A DNA stretch of 64,000 nucleotides from a virus (lineage: Duplodnaviria; Caudoviricetes). The position numbers and the translations under genes are program-made. Shown piece by piece: positions 1 to 8,163 of this stretch. The first letter of the stretch is position 1; each line of letters begins with the position of its first letter. Where the stretch lies: positions 1-64,000 of IMG/VR virus record IMGVR_UViG_2906610324_000001. One strand, given 5' to 3'. The notes under the pieces are model-generated. The model had not been told where the DNA came from, ran no database searches, and saw only the letters and a list, made by a program, of their open reading frames with translations.

Positions 1-405
1 ATGCAGATCGACGGGCAATGCCACTGCGGGGCCGTGACCTATCAGGCGGAGATCGATCCCGAACGGATGTCGATCTGCCATTGCACGGACTGCCAGGCGC
101 TGACCGGCTCGCCCTATCGCGTCACGGTGATCTGCGCCGCCGAGCAGGTCCGGCTGACCGCAGGTGCGCCGAAGATTTACGGCAAGCGGGGCGATAACGG
201 CCGAATCCGCTTCCAGCACTTTTGCGGCGACTGTGGTTCCCCCTTGTTCACGAGCGGAGAGGACGGCGTTCCCGACGATTGGGGTATCCGCTGGGGCAGC
301 ATTCGCCAGCGCGGCGAATTGACCCCGCAACGCCAGGTCTGGTGCCGCTCCGCCGCGCCCTGGATCAATGATCTCAAGGAATTGCCGGCGCGGCCGATGG
401 TTTGA
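1..405 (+). CDS. GFA (glutathione-dependent formaldehyde-activating/CENP-V) family protein; host gene
   Basis: GQCHCG...CHCTDC...FCGDCGSPL zinc motifs. Confidence 0.9.
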   Translation: MQIDGQCHCGAVTYQAEIDPERMSICHCTDCQALTGSPYRVTVICAAEQVRLTAGAPKIYGKRGDNGRIRFQHFCGDCGSPLFTSGEDGVPDDWGIRWGSIRQRGELTPQRQVWCRSAAPWINDLKELPARPMV

Positions 406-497
406 AGCCCAGGGATTGAAAGCTATGGATTGAGGCTTTGCGAGCTTGGCGATCTTGCGCCCGAGGGGCGGGCGAGGCTAAAGAGGCGCGCAGGTAA

Positions 498-574
498 GGG
501 CGGCTAGCTCAGCTGGTTAGAGCATCTCGTTTACACCGAGAGGGTCGGGAGTTCGAATCTCTCGCCGCCTACCA
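498..574 (+). tRNA. tRNA-Val(TAC); prophage integration site (attL)
   Basis: 77 nt cloverleaf: GGGCGGC/GCCGCCT acceptor stem, TCTCG-TTTACAC-CGAGA anticodon arm (TAC at 532-534), GTTCGAAT T-loop, encoded CCA; adjoins the integrase. Confidence 0.97.
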
Positions 575-1941
575 CTACCTTCCTGATTTGCCTTGATTTT
601 CTTCTCTGGCTTGGCGCCGATGCGGGCGAGCTCGCGCGCATTCAACCGAACTTCAACAGCAAACAGGTCCCGTCGGCAGTGGTTCTGGATCTGCTGCATG
701 ATGAAGTCGATGCCGAGAGCGACGTCGGAGAGGAATTCCGGATCGAAGGCCTCATAGTTGTCGGTTGTCCGTGACCCTTCCTTCAGGGAGTGGCCCAGCC
801 AGATCGAGCGCTGTTCGCGCGTGACGCCGCGGCACATCGGTCGGATCTTGCTCGCCATGAAATGGCGGAACGAGCCCGGGCTGAATTTGGTCACGCCAGC
901 GGCCTTCACGGCGCTCTTGAGCGACTTCTTCACTGCCCGCACTCGCTCACCCTGGAAGACCAGCAACGCCTCAGGGGGCGGCGGCTCGCCCGCCAGCACC
1001 GCTTCGCGACGCGCCCTTGCGTCGATCGCAGCCCAAAGGTCCAGCCAGCCGCCGAGACACCGCGTCTCGAGGATCGTCGCACGGCGCTTGTTGGTCTGGA
1101 AGCGGTCCGGCGGGTTGAGATAGATCAGACCATGCTCTCGCTGCACGCGCGGCGAGAAGTCGAAGATTGCCTCGGGCCGCGCCCAAGTGTTGAGGGCGAG
1201 GATCGCGTAACGGAAGAGATGTTCGTGCTCGATCGCGTCGAGGACGCGCGCGATATCTTCGATAGTGCTGGTTGAATGCCGCGGCTTCGACGGCGGGATC
1301 TTCAATTCCTTCGCGATCCGGTCGCGCTTGTAAACGAACTTCGGCGCGTGGGTCATCAGCGCGGTTTCGACGTCCTGGTCGAACGGATCTTTGCGCAGCT
1401 TAACCTCGGTCATTTCATTGAAGGCGGAGCACAGCACATCAAGCCGCCGCTCGATCGACGCGGGCGTATGACCGAACTTCGTGTGCAGCCATTTCGCGAA
1501 GTCGAGTTGGCGCGCCGGAGTCCAGAACGAAACGGGCGCCATGGGCGACTTGGCTTGGTCGTTCAAATATTGCTTGGCAAGTTCGCCGGCCCGGATCGCA
1601 TCCGACTCTGACCGGATCGTGGTGGCGTGACCCTTGATGTAATTGGCGAGCGCAGCCGTCGTCATGACCTGATCAGGGCTAGGGACGGTGGCCCCTGCGG
1701 TGGCCGGCGCCGAGAGTATGAGCGCCGCGAGTCTGACTTTTCCGACCTCCCAATCTGTTGTTCTAAGAGAGCGGCGGCGGACGACGCCAGTTCCGGCGTC
1801 ATACCGGCAGGCATAGACGCCATTGCCGCGTTGTGGGTACGGGCGGTCGAGGTACCATCCATCGAGACTGAAGGCCTCTTCGGTGCCGTCGGTGGGCTTG
1901 CCTGCTCCGGTACCGCTGGCGTGGTGCTGGATGTCTCGCAT
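517..1941 (-). CDS. int: Tyrosine recombinase/integrase
   Basis: Catalytic motifs WARPEAI (R), TNKRR (K), SFRH, WLGH, TTDNY (Y). Start uncertain (ATG 1941 chosen); stop lies inside the tRNA D-loop. Confidence 0.88.
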   Translation of the reverse strand: MRDIQHHASGTGAGKPTDGTEEAFSLDGWYLDRPYPQRGNGVYACRYDAGTGVVRRRSLRTTDWEVGKVRLAALILSAPATAGATVPSPDQVMTTAALANYIKGHATTIRSESDAIRAGELAKQYLNDQAKSPMAPVSFWTPARQLDFAKWLHTKFGHTPASIERRLDVLCSAFNEMTEVKLRKDPFDQDVETALMTHAPKFVYKRDRIAKELKIPPSKPRHSTSTIEDIARVLDAIEHEHLFRYAILALNTWARPEAIFDFSPRVQREHGLIYLNPPDRFQTNKRRATILETRCLGGWLDLWAAIDARARREAVLAGEPPPPEALLVFQGERVRAVKKSLKSAVKAAGVTKFSPGSFRHFMASKIRPMCRGVTREQRSIWLGHSLKEGSRTTDNYEAFDPEFLSDVALGIDFIMQQIQNHCRRDLFAVEVRLNARELARIGAKPEKKIKANQEGSGRRREIRTPDPLGVNEML

Positions 1942-2144
1942 TGATCGCCTTTCCGGAGGTATGTTTTGTCGATGTAGGCCTGCACCTGCTCGGCAGTGTA
2001 GCAGGGGCCCGCGCGGAACGCATAGAAGTCGACGGCCTTTGTCCTCCGGGCTTTTCGGAGCTCGCTGGCTTTCAGCATAGGCCACTGCGCGAGGACTTCG
2101 TCCTCGGTGAGATAGTTCTTTGGCGTGATCACGCGCGTCGTCAT
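1662..2144 (-). CDS. Putative excisionase (short HTH plus low-complexity tail overlapping int)
   Basis: YLTEDEV...ELRKAR...PCYTAEQVQAYI Xis-like pattern directly upstream of int. Confidence 0.65.
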   Translation of the reverse strand: MTTRVITPKNYLTEDEVLAQWPMLKASELRKARRTKAVDFYAFRAGPCYTAEQVQAYIDKTYLRKGDQCETSSTTPAVPEQASPPTAPKRPSVSMDGTSTARTHNAAMASMPAGMTPELASSAAALLEQQIGRSEKSDSRRSYSRRRPPQGPPSLALIRS

Positions 2145-2581
2145 GTCGACACTTCCAGTCCGCGCTCGGCCGCATCAATGCCGGGGCGCATCTTGTGATG
2201 TTCGCCAGAAAGGTGGCGATGCCAATTCAATAGCGCCGCTCCAGTCGAAATTGTGTGGTGCTTGGCTTTTTCTACGTCGCCATCCACCGCCGATGCGGCC
2301 GCCTTCTGGGCCAAGTATCCGACCAGCCAGAACCAGTCGAACGCGGTCTTGCCGGCATCATGTTCGGCGGCAAAGCGGATGACCTGGTGGCCGGCCTCGA
2401 GCCGCGTGCCCTCAAACCAGTCCTGGATCTCCGGAGAGAAAAGCGCCGCCGCGGTGCGCAGCGCCCACGCATCCATCCGAAGCGTGTCGGCATAGCCGGG
2501 GTTTCCCTTCCAGCGCTCGGCATGGCGGTCCATTGTCTCGGCGCGGGCCAGCAGATGCTCCTGGCTGTACGGCACGTTCAT
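2141..2581 (-). CDS. Hypothetical phage protein
   Basis: Translationally coupled ORF (MNVPYSQ...). Confidence 0.7.
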   Translation of the reverse strand: MNVPYSQEHLLARAETMDRHAERWKGNPGYADTLRMDAWALRTAAALFSPEIQDWFEGTRLEAGHQVIRFAAEHDAGKTAFDWFWLVGYLAQKAAASAVDGDVEKAKHHTISTGAALLNWHRHLSGEHHKMRPGIDAAERGLEVST

Positions 2582-2754
2582 CAGATGAAGCCCTTTTCCT
2601 TCGCAAGCCACTCCGGCATCGTCCATGTCCCGTCATCGTTGCGCTCGACCTGGGATTTCGGCACCCATTCCGTGGTCTTGCCGTCGAAGATCTTGAACGC
2701 GGCCGGCGTCTCGACCTTCAATTCAGCGGCGATGTCGACGAGATCGCTCTTCAT
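2581..2754 (-). CDS. Small hypothetical phage protein (MKSDLVDI...EWVPKSQ...)
   Basis: ATGA overlap with the upstream gene. Confidence 0.75.
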   Translation of the reverse strand: MKSDLVDIAAELKVETPAAFKIFDGKTTEWVPKSQVERNDDGTWTMPEWLAKEKGFI

Positions 2755-4523
2755 GGGAAAAGGATCTCCCCCGCCTTTGCCGTGCCGGTTGATGGATACG
2801 AGACGAAGCCGAGCGACGACAGTCGAGAGAGCGCCTTGGCGAAGCCCGTGCTCTTGACATTCTGGTAGCCGGACCACTCGGCCAGCGCCGCACGCTCCAT
2901 GACGCCGGGATAGACCGTGATGAGATGGCCCAAGATCTTGCCAGCCGTCTCGCCCAGAATGGCGATGACCTGTGCCTGGACTTCTTCGGTCGTCATCGCG
3001 GCCGGCCGTGGGCGGGCCGCGCTGAGACCTTTTTCGGTAAGAGCGACCGTTCCGGTGTCGGGATATGAAACAAGCCCGTCGGCTGACAGCCCTGACAATG
3101 CCTTTGCAAAGCCCGTGCTCTTCACGTTTTTGTAGCCGGCGACCAACGCGACAAGTTGTCGAGGCGGCGCCAACCGACACAACCGTTGCATTTCCGCGAC
3201 TGAGTTGAGGATCTTCTGCTGGACCCCGCCGATCGGGCCATCACCGCTCGCCGCCGGCGATGGTGGAGGCGCTGCCGGCCGCACCGGCGCGCGAGGAGGG
3301 GCTTTCGGTGGCGAGCCCGGTTTCAGCAAAGAGCGGTGATTGCGCAGTTCCCGCGCGTGCGGCGGAGCATGCTCCACGGCGCTCTTGTGTTTTGCTTGAA
3401 CCTCTCCGACCCTGGTGAGCAAGTTCTGCACGCCTGCGCCGATCACCTTGAAGTCCTCGAACAGGTCGAGGAAGGGATTCAGACCGTCCCACAGCCCTTC
3501 CTGATACGCGGCGTCGATCTCCTCTTGGGCGGCACCGGTTGCGGGCGGCTGCGTTCCCTTTGCTGCCAACTCGGACTTCAATCGCGTGATCTCGGCCCGC
3601 AGCACTGGCGCATCGGCGGTGTCAGGATCGACCGTCTTTGTGGCTTTCGCGGCGGCGTTCAACTGCGCCAGCATACGCTGCATGGCCGCGGGCGCCGGCG
3701 GTGTCGGCACGGCGGCCTGGCCAGCCTTGATGACCGTGGTCGCGGCATCGCCGATCATCATCTGGGTCGGCTCGAGGCAAAGCGCCGGTCCGAAGGCCCA
3801 GAACTGGCGCGTCCGAAGCTTCAGGAGTCCGCGCGCTTCTTCCGAATTGGCCCGGAAGCCGAGTGCGTCGGCGGTCGACCGTCGGTCCGTCGGCTGCCCG
3901 ATCCTGCCCATCAGCCAGTTGTTCACGGGACCGGTGGCGTCCTTGTTGATGCTCGAGATCCGAGGGGTCGCCAGCACACCGGTGAACCCGCGCTTGCGGC
4001 CCAGCGTCATCAGCGAGGTCACGGCCGCCGAGCTTCCCACGATGCCAACCTGCGGCGCGTACATTTGGGCCTCGTCCAAGACGACGAGGGCAGGGTGCCA
4101 AAGATCCTTCGGTGCCGCGATGAGAGCATCCAGGAACTGCGCGATGAACTCGCGCCGCCCGTCGATCGGGAGACTGTTGATTTGGATGATCGCCGAGAAC
4201 CCGGTCTTCAGGATCATCAGCGCCAGCGCCGCAGCGTTGTGCACGCTCGCCTCGCAGTCGCCGTTGTCGCCGCCGGCGATCAGGTACTCGAACTTTTCGC
4301 GCAGGGTGTAGAATTCATCCTCGACGTCGAGGATGATGTGTTGCACGAACCCATGCGTGGCCTCGAGCAGCTTGCGGATTGCCCCGGACTTGCCGGCGCC
4401 GCTGTTGCCCTGGATGCAGAGGTGCGATCCGACCAGCTTGTCGAGATCTAACTGGGCATCCGCGCCATCCGCATAGGTACCGATTGTGGCGTGGACCGGC
4501 GCGGTTATGCGATTTGCGGTCAA
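2751..4523 (-). CDS. HerA/FtsK-like P-loop ATPase (DUF87-type) with two C-terminal wHTH-like repeats
   Basis: GNSGAGKS Walker A, VVLDEAQ Walker B, GRKRG; GY(K/Q)NVKSTGFAKALS..L...G.VSYP occurs twice. Confidence 0.85.
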   Translation of the reverse strand: MTANRITAPVHATIGTYADGADAQLDLDKLVGSHLCIQGNSGAGKSGAIRKLLEATHGFVQHIILDVEDEFYTLREKFEYLIAGGDNGDCEASVHNAAALALMILKTGFSAIIQINSLPIDGRREFIAQFLDALIAAPKDLWHPALVVLDEAQMYAPQVGIVGSSAAVTSLMTLGRKRGFTGVLATPRISSINKDATGPVNNWLMGRIGQPTDRRSTADALGFRANSEEARGLLKLRTRQFWAFGPALCLEPTQMMIGDAATTVIKAGQAAVPTPPAPAAMQRMLAQLNAAAKATKTVDPDTADAPVLRAEITRLKSELAAKGTQPPATGAAQEEIDAAYQEGLWDGLNPFLDLFEDFKVIGAGVQNLLTRVGEVQAKHKSAVEHAPPHARELRNHRSLLKPGSPPKAPPRAPVRPAAPPPSPAASGDGPIGGVQQKILNSVAEMQRLCRLAPPRQLVALVAGYKNVKSTGFAKALSGLSADGLVSYPDTGTVALTEKGLSAARPRPAAMTTEEVQAQVIAILGETAGKILGHLITVYPGVMERAALAEWSGYQNVKSTGFAKALSRLSSLGFVSYPSTGTAKAGEILFP

Positions 4524-5098
4524 AGCGGAATCTCCTTAAATCGAATGAGGGGCGTGTCGCCTCTGACGTAGAGCGGGTGTTTCGGCGTGCCGCCTTTGTT
4601 GAGACCGAGACACCACATTTCGTGTCCGTCACGACGCAAAGCGTCTTCGGCATCCACCGCGAAATGCACGAGATCCCGGTGCAGGTTTCCCCACGCGCAG
4701 ACGATCTTGGCGGCTTGCTTTGCGGTATCGCGGATCAGCGGCAGGTTGCCCTTGCTGCGCGGCTCGATGCCGGGCTTGAGCAGCATCTCCGGCTTCGTCG
4801 CCCGGTAGTCGCAGACGTTCATCATGGCCAGGCCGTCGAAGCCCCACTCCATGGAGAAGTCGATCACCTTATTCATGGTGGGGTCGTCGACGTTGGCGTC
4901 CGCGACCGATGGGTTCATCCCGATCCAGAGGATGAAATTGTTCGGCAGCCGCGTCCCAGCGGTGAACAGGTTCACCCATTTCCGTGTCAGGATCAGCCGA
5001 TAGCAGTCGTTGACGCCGGCGAACATGACGTCACCGTGCACGCCGTCCGCCAGGTTGAGCCGAACCTTGCCGCCGGGATTGTGGATGGCAGCATTCAT
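4520..5098 (-). CDS. DUF1643 family protein
   Basis: WIGMNPSVADANVDDPT...VCAWG...PKHPLY. Confidence 0.85.
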   Translation of the reverse strand: MNAAIHNPGGKVRLNLADGVHGDVMFAGVNDCYRLILTRKWVNLFTAGTRLPNNFILWIGMNPSVADANVDDPTMNKVIDFSMEWGFDGLAMMNVCDYRATKPEMLLKPGIEPRSKGNLPLIRDTAKQAAKIVCAWGNLHRDLVHFAVDAEDALRRDGHEMWCLGLNKGGTPKHPLYVRGDTPLIRFKEIPL

Positions 5099-6015
5099 GA
5101 AGCCGCCCCGAACTGCGGCTGCCCGCCCTCGACCAGCATCTTCTTCCGCTCCGCACAGGCTTGGATCAGCGCCTCATATTCCGGCGAGCCGATCAGGATG
5201 CTGTGCTTGGCCAAATACGGGCCCGAGCCGTGGTACCAGTTCTCCAGATCGACGACCGTGGCGGCGCCGGCGATCGCGGGCAGCAGCAGATCAAGCGCTT
5301 CCTTCCGCTTCGCGGTCGAGCGCCGCTCGATCTCGCGGCGCGCGTTCCAGCGCCAGTCCTCGCCCATCTTGTGGTCTTTGTTGGCGAGCCAATCCATGTA
5401 GCCGTCATCGGCGGCCGACAGCGGCTTTCCGTCGAACTGGCCGAAGTCGAATTTCGTGTAGACCGCGGGCTCCGAGGACCATTGGAGCAGGGTCTCGACT
5501 GTTTGATGATCGAGCAGTTCGAGCACGACCATGCCGCAGACATAGGAGTCCGGCGCGGCGCGGTGCGGCGGCGATGCGCGGTCGGGATCGACAGGCAGGT
5601 TCAGGAAGTAGCGCAGGGCCTGAAGCTTGTGGCTAGCGAAGTCCGGCCACTGCCGGAGGCTGCACTTCCAGGTGCATATCCAATCGGCCTGGATCAGGGG
5701 ATCGAGGTACTGCCGCTCATAATGCGCGGTATGCGCGGCAAAGATGATCTTGCCGTTGTCGTTCGGCGTCTCGATCAGCATGCGCCAGCCATCGGCCCAT
5801 GACGGCGCGTCCTTAACGTCGTCATCCGTGATGTGATGGATGCCCGACGACTCGGGCGGGATCGGTCGGGCCGGGCGGATGAACGTCTGCTTGCTGCGCG
5901 CCGAAAGGCCCCAGATATCGCCGGCTTGCGCGAGATCGGTGTAGGCGATTTCGACTACTTCGTCGGAGTTCTCGAGACCGGTGGTCTCGAGGTCGCATGG
6001 GCGAATGATGGTCAT
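5095..6015 (-). CDS. DEDDh 3'-5' exonuclease (ExoX-like)
   Basis: DLETTG, IHHIT, AH, HRAAPD motifs. Confidence 0.85.
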   Translation of the reverse strand: MTIIRPCDLETTGLENSDEVVEIAYTDLAQAGDIWGLSARSKQTFIRPARPIPPESSGIHHITDDDVKDAPSWADGWRMLIETPNDNGKIIFAAHTAHYERQYLDPLIQADWICTWKCSLRQWPDFASHKLQALRYFLNLPVDPDRASPPHRAAPDSYVCGMVVLELLDHQTVETLLQWSSEPAVYTKFDFGQFDGKPLSAADDGYMDWLANKDHKMGEDWRWNARREIERRSTAKRKEALDLLLPAIAGAATVVDLENWYHGSGPYLAKHSILIGSPEYEALIQACAERKKMLVEGGQPQFGAAS

Positions 6016-6872
6016 GGGATGCACCGTTGCCGCGCGAGACGCGCGTCCTTAACGAGTTGCTGATCTTCGATTGTGCCGTAGAGGGCTTCATAGCCCCATG
6101 CCGTGTCGCGGAAGACCCGACCATCTTCCTGATCGGCGAGTAGCGGGACGATGTCCGCTAAGATTTCTTTGTCCTGGTCGGTCTCGAGCTTGTAACGGTC
6201 GATTGCATATTGGACGCGGTAGAATCCCGCAGACCAGTCGCCGCGCGTGTCTTCCATCGCGATCGCAAGGTCGAGCCGCTTGTCGCGACCGCGCAGCGCC
6301 TCAAGGACGCCATCCCAATCCACATCCTCCGAGAGGCCATAGCGGACGATGATTTTTGCAAGTTCAATCGTTGCCCGACGTTCAGCGGCCTTGCGTTGCT
6401 CGGCAGCTTGCGCCTCTTCCTTGGAGCGCTTGTCAGCGGAAGCCGCGTCAGCCGCAAACCGGTCATAATCCGTCTTCAGGCGTTGATACGTGGCGATCGC
6501 TTGCTCAAACCCGTCACCGATCGGAACCTCGCGGGTCATGTCGGAAAGGTATCCGGCTTCGATGCTGATCGTGCGGCTGTAGCGCCTACTACGTGGATTC
6601 GGCTGCGAGAATTTGTTGGGCATGCCGATCGCGGACATGAACTCCTCGATCCTGGCGCGGACGGCCTTGTTGTTTTCGATCGCCGGGACGTTGCGCTCGT
6701 GAATCTCAACATCCTTCTTGCGCGCGGATTCGAGCGCCTGCAGCGCATGGTCGGCAACACGCTTTGGCGTCGGCTCCCCGAACCGAATACTGCTGCGGTA
6801 CGACTGAGGCTGCGCCATACACTGAGAAACGGCCCCGCAGCGCTCGACCGGCATGATCTTTAGTTCGGTCAT
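6012..6872 (-). CDS. Hypothetical phage protein
   Basis: Coupled ORF within the operon. Confidence 0.7.
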   Translation of the reverse strand: MTELKIMPVERCGAVSQCMAQPQSYRSSIRFGEPTPKRVADHALQALESARKKDVEIHERNVPAIENNKAVRARIEEFMSAIGMPNKFSQPNPRSRRYSRTISIEAGYLSDMTREVPIGDGFEQAIATYQRLKTDYDRFAADAASADKRSKEEAQAAEQRKAAERRATIELAKIIVRYGLSEDVDWDGVLEALRGRDKRLDLAIAMEDTRGDWSAGFYRVQYAIDRYKLETDQDKEILADIVPLLADQEDGRVFRDTAWGYEALYGTIEDQQLVKDARLARQRCIP

Positions 6873-6876
6873 GGCA

Positions 6877-7077
6877 CTATTTCTCGTCATCGGGGACGTC
6901 GCGCTTGATCGTGACTTCGACCAACACGACACGCGCAAGGTGGGTGGGGTTTTTCTCGTAGAGATTTGCGTCGGCACATTGATCCCGGGCTTCGGCCAGA
7001 ATCCTCGCGCGGTCGCGCTTCGTCCCAAGGACGTTGTACGAACCGTCCGAATAGAGGATGACGATTTGCTCGGTCAT
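6877..7077 (-). CDS. Small hypothetical protein
   Basis: MTEQIVIL..., ATGA overlap. Confidence 0.6.
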   Translation of the reverse strand: MTEQIVILYSDGSYNVLGTKRDRARILAEARDQCADANLYEKNPTHLARVVLVEVTIKRDVPDDEK

Positions 7078-7817
7078 GCTGCGCTCCATTGTCCGCGGCC
7101 GACCCGCACGCCGGCGCCCTCCTGGAGCACCTGCCGGATCTTGGCCTGGTAATTCGGGTTGGCCGCTGCCTTCGGGTGAGACGCGAAGGCGCGGTAAATG
7201 TCCGAGAGGGCGACGGGACCGCGCTGCGCGCGCAGCCAATCCGTGATCGCGTCGCGCCAGGTTTTGGCCAGCGCGAGGACAACGACGCTCCGAGGCAGGC
7301 GCAGCGGCACGAACTGGCCGAAGTTGCGATCGACGGAAGCCAGCACCTCGGCATGTCGCTCGCCGTAGGCGCACAGAACCGACGGCGCGCCGGAGTCGCC
7401 GGCGGTGCCGCCATCTGGCGTGCAGAAGTCGATCCGGCCGCGGGGGAACAGTACCGCGGTGGCGCGCTCCCAGACGTAACGGAAGAATGTCGATGTCTCC
7501 GTCCTGGCGAAGATCAACGCGATGCCGCGGCCGTGCGCCGCCATTCGCGCCATGAAGCGGCCGAGCAGCCCGCGCAGATATGGCGGGTTGAGCCAGACGT
7601 CGCCTTCCCAAGGCAGGAGCAGCCCGTTGTCGGCGACGGTGTAGTGCCGGCGAGCGGTCCGCCACGGCTGGTCAACCATCGCGCTCGGATCCAAGTCATA
7701 GGCTTCCCAGCCGCCGAGCATGCGCAGCAGCCAGGGCGGCGTGAGCCAGTTGTCGGTGCGGCCGCGCCGCGGCGTCTGATGACCGCCGATGCCCGCGAAG
7801 AGGGGCGCGCTATGCAT
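7074..7817 (-). CDS. Phage N6-adenine DNA methyltransferase (Dam-like)
   Basis: WLTPP, DLDP, WLNPPY, ARTET, GRIDF. Confidence 0.88.
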   Translation of the reverse strand: MHSAPLFAGIGGHQTPRRGRTDNWLTPPWLLRMLGGWEAYDLDPSAMVDQPWRTARRHYTVADNGLLLPWEGDVWLNPPYLRGLLGRFMARMAAHGRGIALIFARTETSTFFRYVWERATAVLFPRGRIDFCTPDGGTAGDSGAPSVLCAYGERHAEVLASVDRNFGQFVPLRLPRSVVVLALAKTWRDAITDWLRAQRGPVALSDIYRAFASHPKAAANPNYQAKIRQVLQEGAGVRVGRGQWSAA

Positions 7818-8163
7818 CCGCCGCCTCCTTCACCGCCTGGCGCTCGCGCCGATCAGTCCGCCGGCCAATTCTCAGAAAGCCGAACGGGAGATGGATCTCC
7901 ATGTTCGGTCCCCCGAAGCAAAAATGGAGGCCAAACGAAAGGTGGTCCCAACCGGAGCGCCAAAAGTAACAAACCCAAGTTTCGCCCTCCCAGCCGAACA
8001 TACGGGTACGGCGCATTTCTTCCCACCGAGCCCAATTTTCCTTCGCTCGCCGCGTCTTCTCTCGCTCCTCAGAAGCGGTCATGAAAGCGACGCTGTCGCG
8101 GACGCCGTCGCGATATGACGGGTCACTGCAGAACCGTTCACGGTCGTATTCAGTTTCACTCAC
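7810..8163 (-). CDS. Hypothetical protein
   Basis: GTGA overlap with the kinase stop. Confidence 0.6.
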   Translation of the reverse strand: MSETEYDRERFCSDPSYRDGVRDSVAFMTASEEREKTRRAKENWARWEEMRRTRMFGWEGETWVCYFWRSGWDHLSFGLHFCFGGPNMEIHLPFGFLRIGRRTDRRERQAVKEAADA

